Assembly: GCA_965203295.1 (NCBI GenBank)
Contig: CBDBCZ010000017.1
Coordinates: 160,001 to 224,000 of the forward strand
Direction of reading: 5' to 3'
DNA: 64,000 nt
Origin: Nitrospirales bacterium
GTDB lineage: Bacteria; Nitrospirota; Nitrospiria; Nitrospirales; UBA8639
Part shown: positions 56,950 to 64,000 of the stretch, piece after piece
Layout of the letters: each line of letters begins with the position of its first letter
How positions within the stretch are numbered: the stretch's first letter is position 1
Notes under the pieces: model-generated
The model's database searches: none
Seen by the model: only the letters and a program-made list of their open reading frames with translations
What the model was told of the DNA's origin: nothing
Translations under genes and position numbers: made by a program

Positions 56950-57450
56950 TGCCAGTGTAAAGCCACATGCATAGCATTACAGTATAAAGAACCTCAGTAG
57001 GTGTCCGACCTCTACCATGCTAGTGTAATGTTACAGTACTGGCTAAGCCGCATGCATATAATGAACCTCAGTAGGTGTCCGACCTCTACCATGCTAGTGT
57101 AATGTTACAGTACTGGCTAAGCCACATGCATATAATGAACCTCAGTAGGTGTCCGACCTCTACCATGCTAGTGTAATGTTACAGTACTGGCAAAGCCACA
57201 TGCATAGTAGTACAGTATAATGAACCTCAGTAGGTGTCCGACCTCTACCATGCTAGTGTAATGTTACAGTATTTGTAAGCCACATGCATAGCAGTACAGT
57301 ATAATGAACCTCAGTAGGTGTCCGACCTCTACCACGCTATATAGTGTAATGTTACAGTACTGGCAAAGCCACATACATAGCAGTACAGTATAATGAACCT
57401 CAGTAGGTGTCCGACCTCTACCGTGCTATAGTGTAATGTTACAGTACTTG
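56950..57450. repeat. 65-80-bp minisatellite, about 7 copies
   Basis: Core GAACCTCAGTAGGTGTCCGACCTCTACCATGCTAGTGTAATGTTACAGTACT. Confidence 0.9.
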
Positions 57451-57921
57451 TCATTACAGAAAACTGGGCTTCAGTGAAACTGTGCATGAATAGAAAGTCC
57501 AAAATTTCAGCGTCGACGTCATGCAAGTAGCAACTGTTCATTTATCCAATTGCCTCAGTAGTAAGCATTGTACTAAGCAGCAATAACGATATTAATGTTT
57601 GCTATGCAAGATTGCAGTAATACTAGTACTGGCACTTGAAGGTGTATAGCCTTTGATATACACATGCAGAATAATCATTGGCCAGTAGATCCACTGCAGT
57701 ATTGAATATGACTTTAGTTGTTAACCAAAAGTGAACCAACCAATCAACTATTTGTTACCAAAAGTGGACCCCCCTGTCCAATTCTGGCTACCAAATGCGG
57801 ATCATCACTAACTTAGTGGGAAACACAAGTGGATGGACTAGTCCAATTTTTCCTTGTTTTTAGGTTTTTTCAGTGGAAGTGACTCAGTATTGTTAAAGTA
57901 GTTAGGACTTTGAGGGAATAA

Positions 57922-58160
57922 TCATCGTGACCAAAAGTTTTCCAAATTCAAACTGGATAGGGAATTCACTAGGTCTTCTGGCACCTCCTGCCGGTGCTCA
58001 CAGGGGCAGTTGCTCCCATCCCCAAAGCACTGGTGACATAGCACTTTCACCAGCCCCCTCAGTTCCCAAACACAACGGGGCCCTTCATCCAGAGCAGCTT
58101 CCCACAGCTTCTCCCAACCAATGCACTTTGCCACTTCCGCAACTGCATGATGTGCGCCTT
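57922..58160 (-). mobile_element. Probable 5'-truncated non-LTR retrotransposon ORF2 C-terminal remnant
   Basis: IGWEKLWEAALDEG...LRGLVKVLCH...CPC resembles recalled C-termini of invertebrate LINE ORF2; no RT core present. Confidence 0.4.
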
Positions 58161-59156
58161 CATCTCGCGTGCGCATGCGCCATAGGTGACGTAATTACCA
58201 TTAACCCGCGCGCAGGCCTACTTTTCGTACCCCGTATCCGGAACGGATTCCGGCCTCCCCCGTGAGAGGCGCCCATCAGTGCGTGGGAACAGAAACTGAA
58301 ATTCTCTCACCGAAGACTCTGGAAGCAGCCATTGTAGCGTGCTGGCTATTATAGCGATCGTGCTGGATCCCGGCAGGGCCAGGGATAGCTAATACTCGGC
58401 AGTTCCTTTACTGATTCGGAACTTCAAACTGCAGCCTGGCGCCGCCATGTTGGCTCTCCGTGAGGTAGTAGCGACCCCCCGGGCTGTAAGAATGTGCGGG
58501 ATTAGCGCGCCCCAGAGGCGGTTCACCCGCAAGTCTAGTCCGCATGCAAGCCGTTGGTACAACAAGCAGCCTGCAAGGATCTCTAAGAGCATGCGCTCAG
58601 GTCAGTCAGTGACTGCATACTGGTACTGATTCTCAAAAATTAGAATGTGTTCAACAGACACCCTGCATGGGATATTCAAACTTGCAATTCATTAAGAATT
58701 TTAAAGGGAATTAATCTTTAGTTGGATTGATTCAGAAAATTAAATAGTTACAGGGAGTATAATCTTAGAGTACTCAGGCCACACCAAGTTCATTTCATGC
58801 ATGTTCCATGGACAAGCGAGAGCAAAAATTATGACCTGGCAGGTTAAAATATTGTGAATCCCATTTCAAAGTTGTGGGTGTGGCTGCAAAAACTGGTGGA
58901 GCTAATCTTGATCGTGCCCGCTCCGTCTGAAATCCAAGCAGTGCAGGCAGATGAAATGAGGGTACTATCACATGCATATGAAACTTATAATCATTTTGGT
59001 GTGGCCTTAGTACATAACTTTAATTTGGAAGTATCCCTTTTGTATTTCGAAACTGAAAACCCACCTAAGAGAGTAACCACCAAGCAGTGGTAATAATTAT
59101 ACTTTGATCATGGCCACAGTTAATATAAATATGATGGTCAGTTTCTTTTCTTACAG

Positions 59157-62100
59157 TGATAGCTAATACACCTTCTACAACAACATCAACATCTGCTACT
59201 GACATCCCCATCAAGTACATCAACGCTACTGGCTCTACGGATTTTTCAGTGTGTGTTTTCACCAAGAACTTCAATGTCAATACTCCTCGGGTTTACTTTG
59301 CAGCCTGGCAAATCATTCGCGTCCAATCCTCCTCCCTCTTCACATACCCTATATCAACTTCTGTCGGAACAAGTTATCGCCTTGGTTGTCAGTACAACAC
59401 GATGGGTCCCTTTGGTGCTGTGCGGGGTTCAACCTGGGAGATTAACCAGGATAACAAAGCAAACCCTCCTATTTTATATCCAGGTTTGTACACGGCGTAT
59501 GTAGCAGCTATAGTCAGTTTCCCCGGGTAAATCTATGCGCTTGACCTCCCTAAATCTCTAACTTGTCGTCTACTACAATTTGAAAACAACATCCATGTAA
59601 CTGTCGGGGGCAACCACCCCCAATATTAGGTAAAGGTCAGTTTGGGTGAGGGAAGTTTAAAGTCCGAGGCGAAGCCGAGGATTATAATCGCTCACCCAAA
59701 CTGACCTTTAACTGATTTAACATACGTTGGTATAGCAATGATCCCTGTATGTGGCCTCATTTGAGTGCTATAAGCGTGGGAAAAGTGGTTGCTTGTACAC
59801 TAAAGTACATAAATTTAATGCTACGAGATTCTGAGTCTTATGGTTTGTCACTGCATGTGCTCAGTAGATACAAAGCTAAGCTGTAGAGTTTGCTCAAAGA
59901 TGTTCAATTCACTGCTTGACAGTGGTTCAGCTTCTGTTCGATGTGTCCGTGATCCTGAGCTAGCTACTTCCTTGGCTTTTGCTTGAGCTTTAATTCTCAT
60001 CATGGGGGATGACACCATGATCACTGCGGGGATGACACCATCACTACATGATGGTGGGTGCAGTCTTATTTTCGCTACCCTCAAGGTGGAAATGGAATCT
60101 TTTAGCTGGCTCTATGAGATCCGGATTGAGGTCTAGCTACTTGTACATAGCCTCGTACCCAGCCGTCCCAGCTCTATTTATCTCCACATATTATGCAGAA
60201 GACTCAGAAGAGTAATTGGGCGAGCGTGAGCGAGCCCCACACTAGTGTGTTCAATTGCAAGTTTGTCTGTGCGTACGGTGTACGTACGTCCGTACCTACG
60301 CACATACCGCATATTGTTTCGCGCTTCAATATAACGTTTCAAATAGTATCCGTAATATTCCAAATTGTTCACGTGGCCGCGGTGGCTGCAGTGCAGCTAG
60401 CTTAGGGATGCTCTCACAGAGTAGACGGCAGCGGCGAAGGCTACAGCGTTGCCGCATATATCCCCAGGTTGGCGATAAGTCACATTGGAACAGCAGAGAG
60501 CGAGTTCTAGAGCCAGAAGAGTTGTCACTTCTCCAGGCCACCGACAGTGACACTGAGACGAGAGAAAGAGCCAAAAGAGCTACTGAGGGCGCGTCGCCGC
60601 TAACGTACGCATGGGCTAATACCTCGCTCACGCTCGCCCCACAATGCTTTGCATTCACCTAGTTTAGTAAAGACTCAGACCCATTTGTGGACTTAGCTGA
60701 TTAGCAGTTGTTTTAACTAATAGTTTATATTTACAAATTATATTTCCTGGAGTTGTAAACCCCCTGCATTAGGCCACTTCAAATTAATCTTTAGTTTCTG
60801 GTCCACCCCTATCTTCCTACAGGATGCGGGCGGGAGGTTGATAAGGACTATAGGACTTCCATACATTCACTGGCTTCCCCTACGTTGTACGCATTTTTAC
60901 GCTGTTAAAAATATGAATTTTTGCTGTAGTGCACGAATAAACAGTGCAGAAATACTAAAATTAAGGTGAATGCGGGTACAAAAATAGGATGCGGGCGGTG
61001 GACCAGAAACTAATCAATTTGGAGTGGCCTTAGATTGGACTCAGCCTAAGATAATCAGTAATAGACTACATTAGATTCATAATATAATTCATATTTTTTT
61101 GCATTAAACTGGATCTTGCACAGTAATAGAATAAAGACGATAATTAGTGTTCCATGCATAGCCACCTACGACATAGTGTGGTTGTACCTTTCCTGTAGTT
61201 ATATGTATTCCCTAGGAATACTTACTTAACCAACCCTCAGCTGGAGACCCACTGTGGGACTGAGTAGATATGTGTGGTAGTGCCTTTCATCCACCCATGC
61301 ATCCTCCCCACATACCGTAGAGTACGTATCAAGCGCCCACCATGTATTAAGCGCCCACCCCCCTCTTTAGCACTCGAACGCGCTGCAAACGCATGATGCA
61401 AAGTGAGGAAACAAGGTAAGTAGAGCCTTCTTAACCGACTATTAATTAAAGCATATGTATTAGAATAGCTATAAAAGCATGCAGATAACTGCAAAATATA
61501 CGAAGTAGCCAGCTGACTTACCGTCGGTATTCCAATTAAAGCACACTAAACATCGAATATTACTGCTTGATTTCACTTACTGCGCTTTAGTTATAAGTTT
61601 AGCTCACCTTGATGGTATGATATTATGGTAGAAAATATATTATGGTGAAGATTTCTCACTTCCAGGGTGGTGGGCGGATACTACATGCCGTTTGCGGACG
61701 AATACGTAGTAAGCGCCCACCCCCCTCTTCCGCTGCATTCTAAGGTTCCCCGCCCATGGGTGCTTGATACGTACTCTACGGTAGTAGCATCAGCACATTG
61801 AAGTGAGGTCACGGTTTTCCTTTGCAGTGACTGCTCTTCCCAATCCCAATGATACTATCGTGGTGAAGAACGTACCTCCTCGGGGTGGCACATGGACGGG
61901 TCGAAAATATGATATCTCCCTCTACAAGAGTGGTAAACTGTTGGTGACCCAGAAAGATGTGCACGTTGGCAGCCAAGCTGACATAGAGCTGCAGCCAAAA
62001 GTGTTCTTTGGAGTTGTTCACAACCTACGCATAGGAGACATATTTACATCTCTCAACATAACCGAAGCGCTTACAGAGTTTGATCTCAGCCGGTTTCCTG

Positions 62101-62177
62101 GCGGCCTCATGGTGACTCTTACCCAGGAGCCAGTTGGAGGGCAGTATACATTTACTGGAGGACATTTATCATCTTGA
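59157..62177 (+). CDS. Uncharacterised beta-rich protein, paralog B (first exon not located)
   Basis: Exon 59157-59483 (TTACAG|...CCAG|GTTTGT) joins exon 61828-62177 (TTTGCAG|TG) in phase 1: TDIPIKYINAT...AAWQIIR...FTYP...GSTWEI...P|VTALPN...LYKSGKLLVTQKDVHVGSQADIELQPKVFFGVV...TEFDL...SS*. Confidence 0.8.
59627..59712. repeat. Palindromic element with GCGAAGC-type loop
   Basis: TAAAGGTCAGTTTGGGTGAG...CCGAGGCGAAGCCGAGG...CTCACCCAAACTGACCTTTA. Confidence 0.65.
60213..60663 (+). mobile_element. Non-autonomous Helentron/DINE-1-like element
   Basis: Subterminal IRs GGGCGAGCGTGAGCGAG (60218-60234) and CTCGCTCACGCTCGCCC (60623-60639), (CGTA)-like tract, 3' hairpin AATGC-TTT-GCATT, CTAGT end. Confidence 0.75.
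61313..61783. mobile_element. TACCGTA-ended MITE
   Basis: TIR TACCGTAGAGTACGTATCAAGC / GCTTGATACGTACTCTACGGTA. Confidence 0.85.
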
Positions 62178-62473
62178 AAGCTATAGTGACTGTAGACATG
62201 AATACATTTAAAACTAGCAGACAGTTATAAAACCTAGCTATAGCTAGGCATGCATGATTGACTGATTCTGTTGTGTGTGATTGTGGATTGAAGTCACTTA
62301 TTACTACTAGTTTCATAATTGTTGTCCAGATCGCAGGTGCAAGCTACAAGGAGGTTCACCTCTGTTTATTATGCTATTGGTTGTTCCTGGTATATCATAA
62401 TTGTGTCCATATGTTTAGGTGATTGGTTGATTATGATCCATGTGTTTCTAGTCTGAGACTCCACACTGTGATC

Positions 62474-62738
62474 TGTAATAGACGGCGTATCTGCGCAGCG
62501 GCCCCAATCCCGACAGCATTCTCTGTGGCAACTGAGCGAGTAGGATTCTTAGACTCCTCTTCATACATCCATGGGCAGCTTATATACACACAGAAAAATA
62601 GACACATACACAGCCGCAGGCAGCAATTATGGACAACGTACATGTGGATTACACTCAAACATAACTTTGACATGTAGGCAAATTGTATATGACAGCCACA
62701 TTGTCCAGTTCAGGACAGCTGAAATTAGGTCCATTACA
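62474..62738 (-). mobile_element. 3' LTR (265 bp) of a Gypsy element
   Basis: Minus strand begins TGTAATGGAC right after the purine run AGGGAGA and ends GTCTATTACA (9/10 inverted termini, TG...CA). Confidence 0.75.
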
Positions 62739-64000
62739 TCTCCCTGGGCCGCAGTACGGACGTCCTCGGACGAAGTCGGCTGGCCCAATCTCCTGACTTA
62801 GCCACTTCTGGTAGAGTTGCTTGCTCAGGTCCACGACCAGTTGCCTTGGGCTGCTTCTTTTTGGCTCTGGGCTTCCGCTTCCGCTTAGTACGGCCTAACC
62901 AGGACTGGTTGGGGATCTCCTCTGCACACTTCCGAATCCTATCCAGTGACACAAAGATAGGGGCCTCCTCAGGCTTGTCTACTGGGCGAATACTTGCATT
63001 GGTGGGTGTCAGCTCTAAGATCCGGTAGGGCCCATGAAGTGGTCGGGCAAATTTCCGAGTTTTTCCCTGTATGGCACTTGGCTGGTAAAGAAACACTCTA
63101 TCCCCGACATGATATTTTGGGGGTACGGCATGACGGTCGTACTGGTGTTTTTGTCTCTTCTGGGCCTTTCGGACGTTCTGTCGGGCCAGTTCCCAGGCGT
63201 CAGACAAATGTGCCACCAGGTCTGTCTTGTAGTCCTCCAGGTCTACTTGATAACAGCTACGGGGGTGACTTAATGCAGCTTCAGTGGGCAACCTGGCATC
63301 ACGCCCATACAGCAGGTGAAAAGGTGACTCACGAGTTGATTCCTGCAGGGAGGTCCTGTAGGCAAATAGAACAAATGGCAATCTGTGATCCCAGTCCCTT
63401 CCATCCTTCTCCACTGTCTTTGCTAACATCGAGGTCAAGGTTCTATTAAAACGCTCAACAAGACCATCCGTTTGGGGATGATAAGAGGAAGTGTTGAGTT
63501 TCTTCGTTCCCATCAGTTTGTAGGTCTCTGTCATCAGCTCAGACAGGAAGTTTGTGCCTCTATCGGATAGTAGTTGGGCTGGGACTCCATGTCGAGCGAT
63601 TATTTCTCTGACGAAAAGGTTGGCAATGGTCTCTGCGGTCTGGTCAGGTGTTGCGAATACTTCAGGCCACTTGGTGAGATAGTCTACAAATACCACAGCA
63701 TACTGGTTGCCATCAAAAGTGCGAGGTAGCTGCAGGACATCGACCCCAACACAGTCAAAGGGGCCCGTAACAGGGATCGGGCAGAGTGGTACTTTGGTGG
63801 GGTGTCCTGTCTGACGCGTTGCACATACCAGGCATGCTTTGCACCATCTCCGGACATCAGAATGCATTCCTGGCCACCAGTAGTGTTTGCACAGTTGACT
63901 GTGTATTTTTGCTTCTCGTAGGTGTCCCGAAAATACTCCTTCATGAGCCTCTTCAAATAATTTGTAGCGGAGTACATTTGGAACTGCCAGCATTAGACGG
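62734..64000 (-). mobile_element. Ty3/Gypsy pol, integrase portion (continues beyond the window)
   Basis: HHCC zinc motif (HEGVFSGH...CLVC), DDE core (GVDVL, SDRGTNF, GLVERFN), GPY motif; uninterrupted ORF of at least 419 aa. Confidence 0.95.

Noticed and set aside
58801..58961. Candidate first exons for paralog B
   Set aside because: The ATG-containing candidates end in phase 0, while the 59157 acceptor needs phase 1.

Overview
Eukaryotic, intron-rich animal DNA, probably a demosponge (inferred from gene families and repeat style, not proven). It carries a complete 16-coding-exon exostosin-2 (EXT2) gene (3708-48767, +, about 710 aa) whose last intron is about 29.9 kb and repeat-filled. Nested antisense in another EXT2 intron is an intronless aequorin/obelin-like EF-hand gene that lacks the light-emitting residues, beside a decayed gene fragment. 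Downstream is a compact Bcl-2-related cluster: a 3-exon multi-BH gene with a membrane anchor, a truncated BH3-bearing paralog of it, and a head-to-head orphan with possible BH4/helix-4 remnants. Two intron-containing paralogs of a small beta-rich protein resembling a bacterial family sit near the window ends. The window ends in a Ty3/Gypsy integrase plus 3' LTR. MITEs, Helentron/DINE-like elements, tRNA-Thr-like repeats and mini/microsatellites are abundant. All homology calls come from manual reading and recalled family motifs; no searches were run.
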